Shown: positions 8,614 to 16,632, counted from the first letter of the stretch. The stretch: 17,120 nt of DNA from Thermoplasmatota archaeon (GCA_041601615.1 JBFIHX010000020.1:1-17120), one strand, 5' to 3'. Program-made: numbers and translations. Notes: a model not told the origin generated them from the letters alone.

Positions 8614-10494
8614 TCAGTTGAAGAGATTTACATTGATTTTGACCGGGCTCTTCTGTTGAATGCCTCGGATGTAATCGTTCAGATCATTCGTGAGGCGTTC
8701 CAAGGCATCCAGGCCAGCAACCGGAGGCGTGTAGTCGGTTTTCTCGTCATTGCAATCTCCATCGAGATCCGTGCCCTCGTTTTCCAAGGTCTTGCAAATG
8801 GTGCTCTCGACCAAGTCCGGGACGAGATCGCCATCACCATCACCGGCAGCGAGCGGGTTGGATGTAAACGACCAAGATGCAACCACTGTGTTGGCACCTA
8901 TGCTTTGGTCCGCGATACGGACCTCGACCGTGTGGGGTCCTGCGGTCCAACCGGCACCTTGTGGTGTGTAGGATAGGTCGCCGGTGCTCTTGGATGCCTC
9001 GGCGGTCCGGTCCACGCCGTCGATGAACAACTTTACGGCACCCACATTCACCTTCGTAATTTGATTGAGGTCTGATCCACCATCTTTGTCGCTATATTCG
9101 ACTTGAATTGAGTCCTTTGGCCCAGCTTGAGAGTTGGGTAATGGTCGCTGTAGGTCGAAAGTTGGGTCAACGGAGTCGACGCTGGTGGCGATTTGGCTGT
9201 AGGTGCTGCAGTTGCCGGCGTTGTCAACGGCCATGACGCGAAGCTTGTAAGCGCCAAAGTCGACGCCTAGTTTGCTAAAGCTGGTGCCGGAGGTAAACGC
9301 CCCGTTTGTGGGGGTCTTGCTGCATTCAGGTACGGAACTTCCGGTTGTCCAGATGTAGGAGAATCCGGCAAATCCGCTTCCTCCCGAGTCGCTGCCGGAG
9401 GCGGTTGCGTAGATGTCCTTCTGGTTGTACCAAGATGAGGCGCTGTTTCCTGGGTGGCTGCTGCTAGAAAGCCCATTTATGGTGGGCTTGGCGACATCAA
9501 CGCGGAAAGCCCTGGATGCGTAGGAGCCACAGTTGCCAGCATTGTCGATGGCGCGAACATAGAACACGTGCGCGCCGTTGGCAACATTGTACACCGTAGT
9601 GCTGCTTGCAGTGGTGTCTGCGACACAGTCAGGTACAGAATCGACCGCGTACGAGTATCCATAAACTCCGCTACCGGAATCAGAGGATGCAAAGGTCGCC
9701 GAAAAGGCGTTGTTGTTGTACCAGGTGGTGGTGCCGGTGTGGCTCGTGGAAGACACCGTGGGCTGCGTTGGGGGCGTCGTGTCTGCACTTCCCCCCGTAG
9801 GGTAGGCACCAGTGATTGTCACGTCATCGATGGCCCAGTGGTCAAAACTGGGGCCACTGCTGCTTGCTTGATACCAGCGGAACATCGTGGAGGATGTTTT
9901 GGCGCCACTCGGCACGGATATGGACTGCGCCGTAAACGAGGTGTACGATGTGCCGGCCGAATAGGTGGTCATCGTCGTCCAGGATGTCCCCCCGTTGGTG
10001 CTGTATTGCAGTTGTAGGTTTTCGCCGGGATCGGGATTTTCGCAAGTGGAGGTCTCGGTTGCGGCGGATGGCGACATGACGTAGAACGAGATCGAAGACG
10101 CGCCGGTTGCACTGAGCGTTACCGTGGTTAGGCTTCGAGAGCCCGCCCCGTCGAGTCGCAAGGCGTTGGGGCTGCTGACATAGCCGCAACCGTTTCCTTC
10201 CGCTGCTCCAAGGTAGGACCATTTCGCGGTGTCGGGGGTCCCGTCATTGAAGTTGTCTGAAAAGCTCGTGTGCGTCATGGTCGTGGCACCGAGGCTGGGC
10301 TTGGGGATGGTCGGGCTGAAAGGGGTGCCGGGCAGTTCCGTCCGCTGGAGGCCAGCTGTTTCCGCAGCGAATTCAGCAGTTTGCTCCAAGTCTATGGGCT
10401 CCTGCGCACTGATGGCAGGAATTGTGGTCATGGTCAATAGGAGCACAAGGCTCCAGGCCGGCAGGCGGTTTGGGTGTTTGTTGTCTTGGTGCAT
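8614..10494 (-). CDS. Secreted protein with reelin-subrepeat-like (Asp-box/BNR) domain and Ig-like domains
   Basis: The start is placed at MHQDNKH (ATG 10494, preceded by GGTGA), giving 626 aa with a signal peptide ending ISA-Q. The reelin-like segment at ~9811-10266 contains ALRLDGAGSRSLTT, LQYSTNGGTSW, TMFRWYQ and DHWAIDDVTIT. Two duplicated Ig-like units end in DNAGNC, followed by a further Ig-like unit and a DGDGDLVPD acidic motif. Confidence 0.88.
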   Translation of the reverse strand: MHQDNKHPNRLPAWSLVLLLTMTTIPAISAQEPIDLEQTAEFAAETAGLQRTELPGTPFSPTIPKPSLGATTMTHTSFSDNFNDGTPDTAKWSYLGAAEGNGCGYVSSPNALRLDGAGSRSLTTVTLSATGASSISFYVMSPSAATETSTCENPDPGENLQLQYSTNGGTSWTTMTTYSAGTSYTSFTAQSISVPSGAKTSSTMFRWYQASSSGPSFDHWAIDDVTITGAYPTGGSADTTPPTQPTVSSTSHTGTTTWYNNNAFSATFASSDSGSGVYGYSYAVDSVPDCVADTTASSTTVYNVANGAHVFYVRAIDNAGNCGSYASRAFRVDVAKPTINGLSSSSHPGNSASSWYNQKDIYATASGSDSGGSGFAGFSYIWTTGSSVPECSKTPTNGAFTSGTSFSKLGVDFGAYKLRVMAVDNAGNCSTYSQIATSVDSVDPTFDLQRPLPNSQAGPKDSIQVEYSDKDGGSDLNQITKVNVGAVKLFIDGVDRTAEASKSTGDLSYTPQGAGWTAGPHTVEVRIADQSIGANTVVASWSFTSNPLAAGDGDGDLVPDLVESTICKTLENEGTDLDGDCNDEKTDYTPPVAGLDALERLTNDLNDYIRGIQQKSPVKINVNLFN

Positions 10495-10770
10495 TTGCGT
10501 CACCTTGGATCCTTCGAGTCGCCAAATTGGCCACGCGAAGGCTTGGGTTGCCTTCTGTTGGAAGGCGGCGCTGACTCGTGGTCCGCGCGGGTTGATTCGG
10601 GATTGACGCGTGGCAAGCAGAGGACCTGAACGAGGAGTGGCGGATGTGGCGCCAGGACGGCCGGAACCTGTTGTCGTTGTCAAACCCAATCAAGGAGCAG
10701 AATCTCCTGCACTACTTAGATGCTCGCTGTAAGAACGGAATGCGTTTCCCGAATCGGCCCAACACCAATA

Positions 10771-11394
10771 CTAATTGGCACAATCATATCGCAAAGCAAG
10801 CACCGCAGATGGATGAATCTGGCCAGCAGTTGCTATGGCGTGTCGTTGGCCCTGTCCCCGGTATTCAAATCTCAACAGCCCAGCTTCCGCCAAAGTCCTC
10901 AATCTGTCCTGGGTAGTGCTTGCAGGCCAGCCCAGGCTCCGCTTTGCATTGGAACATATTTTGGAGATCATGGAAGGTGAATCGCAGACCAATTCGTAGA
11001 GGCGACGCATGTCATGTTTGCGAAGCGCTGCGACTTGCTTCCACCAATCCTCCAAATCGGGACGACAGGGAAAAAGCCAATGTCTGCCGCCCCAGGCTCG
11101 CCGCACGATCCGGCCATCCTCGGTCATGAAACGGATGACCTGGACCATCGTCTTGGAACTAGCATGGTGCTCACAGCCAAGAATCTCCACGGCCCGCTGT
11201 ACCCACACGCCCGGATGCTCCTCAACGACTCTCTGCACTTGCTCAATCAAGAATCCCGTTCGACTCAACCCAGTGCAACGACCTGCACTACCACGGCTCC
11301 CCACTGCACGTTGCTGCCTGGAACCTTCTGAAGCAAGAAATCCTGGCCTACCGGGCTTGCCCGTAGAATCCAAGGTAGTACGGGCTGGATTCAT
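10771..11394 (-). CDS. Tandem winged-helix transcriptional regulator (archaeal double-wHTH type)
   Basis: Two wHTH-like units: VQRVVEEHPGV...MVQVIRFMTEDGRIVRRAWGGRHWLFP and ALRKHDMRRLYELVCDSP...LGWPASTTQDRLRTLAEAGLL. The start overlaps the upstream stop (ATGA). The true start is uncertain. Confidence 0.75.
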   Translation of the reverse strand: MNPARTTLDSTGKPGRPGFLASEGSRQQRAVGSRGSAGRCTGLSRTGFLIEQVQRVVEEHPGVWVQRAVEILGCEHHASSKTMVQVIRFMTEDGRIVRRAWGGRHWLFPCRPDLEDWWKQVAALRKHDMRRLYELVCDSPSMISKICSNAKRSLGWPASTTQDRLRTLAEAGLLRFEYRGQGQRHAIATAGQIHPSAVLALRYDCAN

Positions 11395-12425
11395 GGGGGC
11401 TGGCTCCTGGTTGGTGGAACTCGGTGCTGTCGTCGCATTTCAACGTGGACCTCCTCGGGCGGGGCCTTCTCAGAAACGGGCTCTTGGATTGCGACTCGTG
11501 CCACAAGCCCTCGGCGTGCATGGGGCGTCCACAAAGCATCCTCCATTCGATAGCAGCGCCTGGGTTCCTGCCCGGCGGCTTGCGTGAATGTGCAACCACG
11601 CACATCCTGGAGGATTCGTACCTCGCCTCGATGGGCGGCCAGAAACAAGGGCAGCAAAATGCGCCATTGGAGGACCTGCCGGCGCAAGGCACCGTCGTCT
11701 CGAATCGGCGCCCACTCCGTGAATGCCTGATACCAACTGATCTTGCGCGGCTGGACCTCATTGAGGCACCTAGGATCCGGCTGGTAGACCTCCTTGGAAG
11801 TCGGATCGACTCGGCGATCCGGGACACTTTGGTTCAGAATCGATTCCCATGCGCGAGCCCGTCGGCGTCTGTGCCTGCATCGTATCTGCAAAACTCCTCT
11901 GTCGTTGCGCCACAAGCTTGCTCGTCCAGCATCCAAACGGGCTGCATCCCTGCGAGTGCGGTAATCCCACATCCGTGAGATTGGCACATACTCGAATGGA
12001 TCCATTGCAAACGATTGCAGAACATGTCTCCAAGTACCTTGAACGGGCACCACGCGAGTCCAGGACCCCGATTTTCCACGCTTCGGCACGGGAACAGAGC
12101 CGGGATTCGGCCCGGCATTGTGTAATTCTTCGTCGATGGCACCTGGAGGCATTTCAGCAATCGCGAAGTGAAGATCTGGCTCATCTAGGAGCGTTCCCCG
12201 GACCCAGACCAAAATGGTTCCATGGTCGTCCTTGACAATCATGCAACGGGCCTTGTCTGCCAGTCGTAACCAGCGCGTCGCACGGCGAGCCTTGTAGGAG
12301 GAGGTCAGGAAGTACCAGGGTTCCTTCCACCATGCCGTAGGGGGGCACGACATGGAAAATCGGTGAAACTGGCTCATCCAGCGCCGCCTCGGAATCAACA
12401 CCTGAAGTGCCTCATGATCAATCAA
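11391..12425 (-). CDS. Hypothetical Arg/Trp-rich protein
   Basis: 1035-bp ORF (TTG start; alternative ATG at 12377) on the same strand as its neighbours, with an ATGA overlap with the wHTH gene. No recognised domain. Confidence 0.45.
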   Translation of the reverse strand: MIDHEALQVLIPRRRWMSQFHRFSMSCPPTAWWKEPWYFLTSSYKARRATRWLRLADKARCMIVKDDHGTILVWVRGTLLDEPDLHFAIAEMPPGAIDEELHNAGPNPGSVPVPKRGKSGSWTRVVPVQGTWRHVLQSFAMDPFEYVPISRMWDYRTRRDAARLDAGRASLWRNDRGVLQIRCRHRRRRARAWESILNQSVPDRRVDPTSKEVYQPDPRCLNEVQPRKISWYQAFTEWAPIRDDGALRRQVLQWRILLPLFLAAHRGEVRILQDVRGCTFTQAAGQEPRRCYRMEDALWTPHARRGLVARVAIQEPVSEKAPPEEVHVEMRRQHRVPPTRSQPP

Positions 12426-12918
12426 GAAACCGACTCCATAATCCGCATTCTTGCATCATTGCAAACGACGTGCCTTGGCGCCGTCTTGCCGTCACTTGTC
12501 AGGAGACTTTGATTGCGCCCAGGCCAAGACTCTGGTGAAAACCGATCCTGGCGATTGCGCGGAGATACGCTACATGCTCCATGATTGGCCTGGGCGCCCC
12601 CCGGAGCCCACTGCCGCTTGCCGAGCCTGTGCTGATGGTGGGTGGCATGCACGGCAAGTGGCGCGGCGTGGTGGTTTGCGACCATGTCTCCGGGGGTTGC
12701 CCCCGCCCCGGCTCCATACCATGCTTCCGTGACGCTGGGGCAGGGGCAAGTGATGGTGCGTCACGGATGCGCCCGGTTTCGCATCGTCTATCCATGCCGG
12801 GCCTCCCTTGGCCAACCCAATCCTTAGGCCGGCCGCAACCCGCCAACTCTCGGGGATTTTCCCTTGAACCGGACGGGTTGCTGCTGTAGCATCCATATTG
12901 GCTGCGTATTATGCTCAT

Positions 12919-13272
12919 TTAGCAGCAGTGATTTGAAGTTATCTGGCGATGAGTGCAAAACATGGGGCTCCATCGGGTTAAATCGCCGTTGCCCTGTCCG
13001 GGGACCGGATGGTTGCTGGGCCCGAGGACGGAGATGCTGGCGTTGCGCGGGAGACGCGAAGCGTTCGGATTGCGGTTGGCCACCAAGAGGCATTTGAGGC
13101 ATCCAGCGCAATTCTTGGCGAGTTCACCAATTTCCGAGAGTATGTTCACGCCGCGTTGTCGCATTTTCAATCGTGCGTGGTCATGCCGAAGATCCGCGAC
13201 AAGCTCTGGATCGACGGCATCCTGGAAGGCGGGACCGGCGATTCGGGGCCTGGACAGATTCGTGACGTTCAC
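12919..13272 (-). CDS. Possible small hypothetical protein
   Basis: 117 aa, starting 43 bp after the TPR gene stop, with a helical-looking middle and a CAGCLKC motif. Support is weak. Confidence 0.28.
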   Translation of the reverse strand: MNVTNLSRPRIAGPAFQDAVDPELVADLRHDHARLKMRQRGVNILSEIGELAKNCAGCLKCLLVANRNPNASRLPRNASISVLGPSNHPVPGQGNGDLTRWSPMFCTHRQITSNHCC

Positions 13273-13315
13273 GATGTGGAGCGCAGAAACCGCCAGTAAT
13301 TTTCTGACTCCGATG

Positions 13316-14821
13316 CTACCGTGGGCGCGTAGCGGCGTCTGCGCCTCGGCGTTTCCAAGCGTCAGCTCGAAGGCACATGGCCGTCACGGCTGCACTTTCT
13401 TGTCGGGCCTGGGCCAGCAATCGGTACGCAGTGGCGCGGTTTTGTTCTCCCAGCGATAGTTGGGCGCTTGCGGCTCCGCAAAGTGCGTAAGCGCGACGTT
13501 GGCGGGTTCGTGCCAAGCGAAGGGTTTCTTGGAAGAATCGGATGGCTCGGTCGTATTCTCCAAGCCGGTTGGCGACTCCTGCCAGGATGAACGGGGCATT
13601 GGGCAGGACGGGGAACAATCGATTGGCGCGGTGTGCGTACCGGCGGGCTTTGCTCCATTGATCCTTGTCGAGTGCTCGTTCGGCAAGTAGACTCCAGCCG
13701 GCCCCTATTCGTTCTCGGATCGTGCGGGGTCCAACGTCGAGGGCGTAGCCGCTCGTGAAGTATTGGAGGCGTCCGACCATGATGGGCCATGCAGTGTGGC
13801 GGGCAACTAGAGGTGCTGCGAGGAGTGCGAGGGAAAGCACGATCCAGGCGACGGGGCTTGTGCCTGGGGTGGTGGGCGCGTTTATGGTGAGGGGTGTCGC
13901 GCCTAGGGGGGCGACGGTGGCGCTGCCTTCTAGGTCGGCCTGGAGTGGGGTGTTGGTGCCTTGGCCTTGGAACTGAATCTGGACTTGTCCGTCGATTTCC
14001 ACTACATCGCCTGTCAATGGGAGGGTGGACTCGTCGAGTCGAAGGTCTCCCCGGGCTCCCGAGAGGCGCGTGGTGGCAGCGTCGAGGCTGGCGTTTTGGA
14101 CGAAGAATGCAGCGGGATCAGAGTCGATGGAAAGCGAGAGTACGGCGTTCTTTGCAAACAGGTAGGCTTCCGTGGCTTGTTCGCCCACGCCGTCGGATCG
14201 AGGGTGGACTCCCGTGTCAATCAGGTGGGTGCCGGAATCGGATTGGAGTTGGGCGTCCCAATCCCACAAGGACAACACGAAGTCGCCCGTGACCGTGATG
14301 CTGGTTTCGCCGCAGGGTCGCAATCGGATCGCGTCCGCCACGGGGGTGCGGCGGTCGGGGCGTTCTGCGCGGTTGACAACTGGGTGCGACGTTTCCAGGC
14401 TACGCGGCGATGAATCTAGGCGCACACAACTAGTGGAAGCGGCAAGCAGCGGAGGCGATGAGCCTTCGACTGACTCCAAAACCCAACGCGTATCCATTCC
14501 TTGGCTTCCGCCTTGGAGGCGGGTCTTGGAGTGCTGGCTCTGCGTGGTGGCAGCAGAATAATCGACGCGCTCCTGGCCAAGGGTGACGGAGTATTCGGTT
14601 TGGTCCAGTTCGATGCGGAGGGATTCAGCGTCGAGCCGGAATCCAGAGGGGGTGGTGCCGTTGTTTGCTAGAAATTTGAGCGACACAAGGCCCATGCTGC
14701 CCTGGGCGTCGTGGACTACGGCGGATTCAACGGTGATCTTGCCGGCAATTTCGCTGGCGTTTGCAAGCGGTGCCATCAAGAGAAGGAGCGCAAGGAGCGG
14801 GGGGGTGGTTCGGAATTTCAT
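13316..14821 (-). CDS. Single-pass membrane protein: signal peptide, extracellular beta-rich domain, TM, cytoplasmic TPR repeats
   Basis: Signal MKFRTTPPLLALLLLMAPLANA and TM VAWIVLSLALLAAPLVA. TPR-like helices: WSLLAERALDKDQWSKARRYAHRA, APFILAGVANRLGEYDRAIRFFQETL and ALCGAASAQLSLGEQNRA. Confidence 0.87.
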   Translation of the reverse strand: MKFRTTPPLLALLLLMAPLANASEIAGKITVESAVVHDAQGSMGLVSLKFLANNGTTPSGFRLDAESLRIELDQTEYSVTLGQERVDYSAATTQSQHSKTRLQGGSQGMDTRWVLESVEGSSPPLLAASTSCVRLDSSPRSLETSHPVVNRAERPDRRTPVADAIRLRPCGETSITVTGDFVLSLWDWDAQLQSDSGTHLIDTGVHPRSDGVGEQATEAYLFAKNAVLSLSIDSDPAAFFVQNASLDAATTRLSGARGDLRLDESTLPLTGDVVEIDGQVQIQFQGQGTNTPLQADLEGSATVAPLGATPLTINAPTTPGTSPVAWIVLSLALLAAPLVARHTAWPIMVGRLQYFTSGYALDVGPRTIRERIGAGWSLLAERALDKDQWSKARRYAHRANRLFPVLPNAPFILAGVANRLGEYDRAIRFFQETLRLARTRQRRAYALCGAASAQLSLGEQNRATAYRLLAQARQESAAVTAMCLRADAWKRRGADAATRPR

Positions 14822-14834
14822 TTCGTCTGCCTCG

Positions 14835-15380
14835 TCAAGTGTGTAGTTGAATGTGGACCGGAAGAAGGGTCAAGGGCCCAGGCACCTTCGAGAGGATTTC
14901 ACTTGGTGAAAATCCTAGTCGATCCCAGAGCCAATTGTAGCAATCCTCCTGGAAGGCCACGAACAAAAACGGGAACGTGTTGGGCTGTATCAATATGGGG
15001 AAGTTCTGGCATCCGTCTTCCTCGTTGGAGTCCTGCGCATTTTGGAGCAACGGCAACGCCAGCATTCCCGTTGCGTAGATTGGTTGACTCTCTGTGTTGC
15101 CGTACACTGCGGTCACGGCGTAAGCGACCGCCCACTCCACGCGGGCACTTGTCTTGTTGGTCATCGTGGCGAGGGCGCCGTCCGCATAGACTCGGTATGC
15201 ATCGGGTGTGGCGTCGGAGGGGGCTTGCCACTGTAGTTCTACACCGGATGCACCGTCGGAAGCCACGGCTAGGTCCTTCGGGGCTGCTGGACTGTCCTCG
15301 GCGGCGATGCTGGGGATGGCCAGGAGGCTTGCAAGGATGAGGAGTGTGCATGGTTTTGGATTCAGCATGATGGACGCCAC
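14835..15380 (-). CDS. Secreted fibronectin type III domain protein (start may be ATG 15368)
   Basis: A signal peptide is followed by an FN3 pattern PAAPKDL..VELQWQAP..PDAYRVYADG..YAVTAVYGNTESQP. The stop lies 13 bp before the TPR gene start. Confidence 0.82.
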   Translation of the reverse strand: MASIMLNPKPCTLLILASLLAIPSIAAEDSPAAPKDLAVASDGASGVELQWQAPSDATPDAYRVYADGALATMTNKTSARVEWAVAYAVTAVYGNTESQPIYATGMLALPLLQNAQDSNEEDGCQNFPILIQPNTFPFLFVAFQEDCYNWLWDRLGFSPSEILSKVPGPLTLLPVHIQLHT

Positions 15381-15406
15381 CAGGGAGGGGGGAGGGCAGG
15401 GACTCA

Positions 15407-15440
15407 GATAAGGGTGGTTCGCGATGTTTGGTAAGGGTGG
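15407..15440 (-). promoter_or_regulatory. Putative promoter of the FN3-TPR operon with a 9-bp direct repeat
   Basis: CCTTATC (- strand, 15407-15413) is 26 nt upstream of GTG 15380. taagggtgg occurs at 15409-15417 and 15432-15440. Confidence 0.4.
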
Positions 15441-15859
15441 CGAGACTTAACCTCAACTAGATACAGATGGTCCACAGCGAAGTGTTTGAATAAGTATAGC
15501 CGGGTAATAACTTGGTTAAGGCGATAGGAATGGGCCAATCAACAAGTGCGTGGCATAGGTTGATCCTGGCTTCGACGCGGCAAGGCTCCCTGTAGCCGAC
15601 AGCGTGGTCGCTAGCGGGGTCAGCGGCCAGGCATTCACTATCGTGTTTGTCTTTGCCAATGGCAATTCGCGATTGGTGCTAGAATTCAAGCCGGGCGTGG
15701 GGCGCGGATTGGGCGTCTTGCCGACGGGCTCGGGAGGCTGCTTCATACCTGTCCGAGCCGTTTGTTGCGTCCGTGTGTACTTGATTCCCGGGGCCTGCTG
15801 GCGTGGCTGGTGGCTCAAAATGGCGACGAATCCAAGCCTCTGCGAGCGCGTTTCAATCC

Positions 15860-15964
15860 CACGAGTTCGTGCAACTTGACACACACCCATTAGAGAGGAG
15901 TAATAGGGAATCCTCCTGTTTGCACGAACTCGCGGCGTCTGAGCTCGTGCATTTTGCACGAACT
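15860..15964. other. Structured non-coding element, copy 1 (four-arm inverted repeat with conserved core)
   Basis: A 13-bp perfect IR (cgagttcgtgcaa 15862-15874 / ttgcacgaactcg 15920-15932) encloses the core TGACACACACC..TTAGAG..GAGTAA..CCTCCTG. It is followed by the hairpin agctcgtgca-ttt-tgcacgaact (15942-15964). Confidence 0.75.
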
Positions 15965-16523
15965 GGAGCCCCCATTCGGGCCTTGCGTGGGAGTCTTCAA
16001 AGACCCGGCCCAGGCCCTCCATGAGGCCAACCGAAGCCTTGCCCAGACAATCAGTGCGACGAGCAAGTCGCAAGCCCACGAAGCCCAACACACTCGGCTT
16101 GATCTGGGTTGCAATCTGCGACATGGCACTCCCTCAAACTCAAGCCCTCATCGCCAACCGTTCGACTGGACCCGTTCCCGGCTCAAGCCCACCGCTTTGA
16201 TCGCATGAATCGCAAACTGCATCCAGCCTTGCGATGCGAAGCAGTCTGACTGCCGATTGTAAGCTCCATGTCCGACTCGCCATGCCACGAAGTCAAGGAC
16301 TCAGCTATGCTGCCGTCATCCATGAACCCAACGCAACCACGGGCATCAAGGGGACCCCCCGCAAGTCTCAGCAGGCAAACCGAACCAGTTCAATCCTCCA
16401 CGCAATCAATGGCTCTACGCGGATTCCCAAGACGCTTGAAGCCATGCCCGAAACCCACCTCAATGAGGCGAAAACAGGTACGTTTTCAGGCGTCATGCCG
16501 AGGCCCCGGAAACAGGACACAAA

Positions 16524-16632
16524 CACAAACGTGTACGTTTCTGACACACACCTTGTTAGAGGAGAGTAAAGGACAGCCCCTCCTGAGCGTACACGTTTTC
16601 AGGGCAAAACGTGTGCAGCATGTACGCCTTGC
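16524..16632. other. Structured non-coding element, copy 2
   Basis: An 11-bp perfect IR (aaacgtgtacg 16527-16537 / cgtacacgttt 16588-16598) encloses the same core (16542-16585). It is followed by the hairpin aacgtgtgca-gca-tgtacgcctt (16608-16630). Confidence 0.75.

Noticed and set aside
10515-10614. Inverted repeats in the leader of the reelin-like gene (gccacgcg/cgcgtggc)
   Set aside because: Short GC-rich matches that are expected by chance.
10495-10689. 65-aa N-terminal extension of the 691-aa ORF
   Set aside because: It has a TTG start and low-complexity sequence. The signal peptide and GGTGA RBS point to ATG 10494.
15862-15932. Retron msr-msd (a1/a2 inverted repeats)
   Set aside because: The enclosed region is only ~45 nt and no reverse transcriptase is adjacent within the window.
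15516-16124. 202-aa minus-strand ORF
   Set aside because: The translation is featureless with no motif, and it runs through the structured element. Probably a chance ORF in GC-rich DNA, though not excluded.
15850-16632. CRISPR array
   Set aside because: There is only one repeat-like unit, no regular repeat-spacer periodicity and no cas genes.
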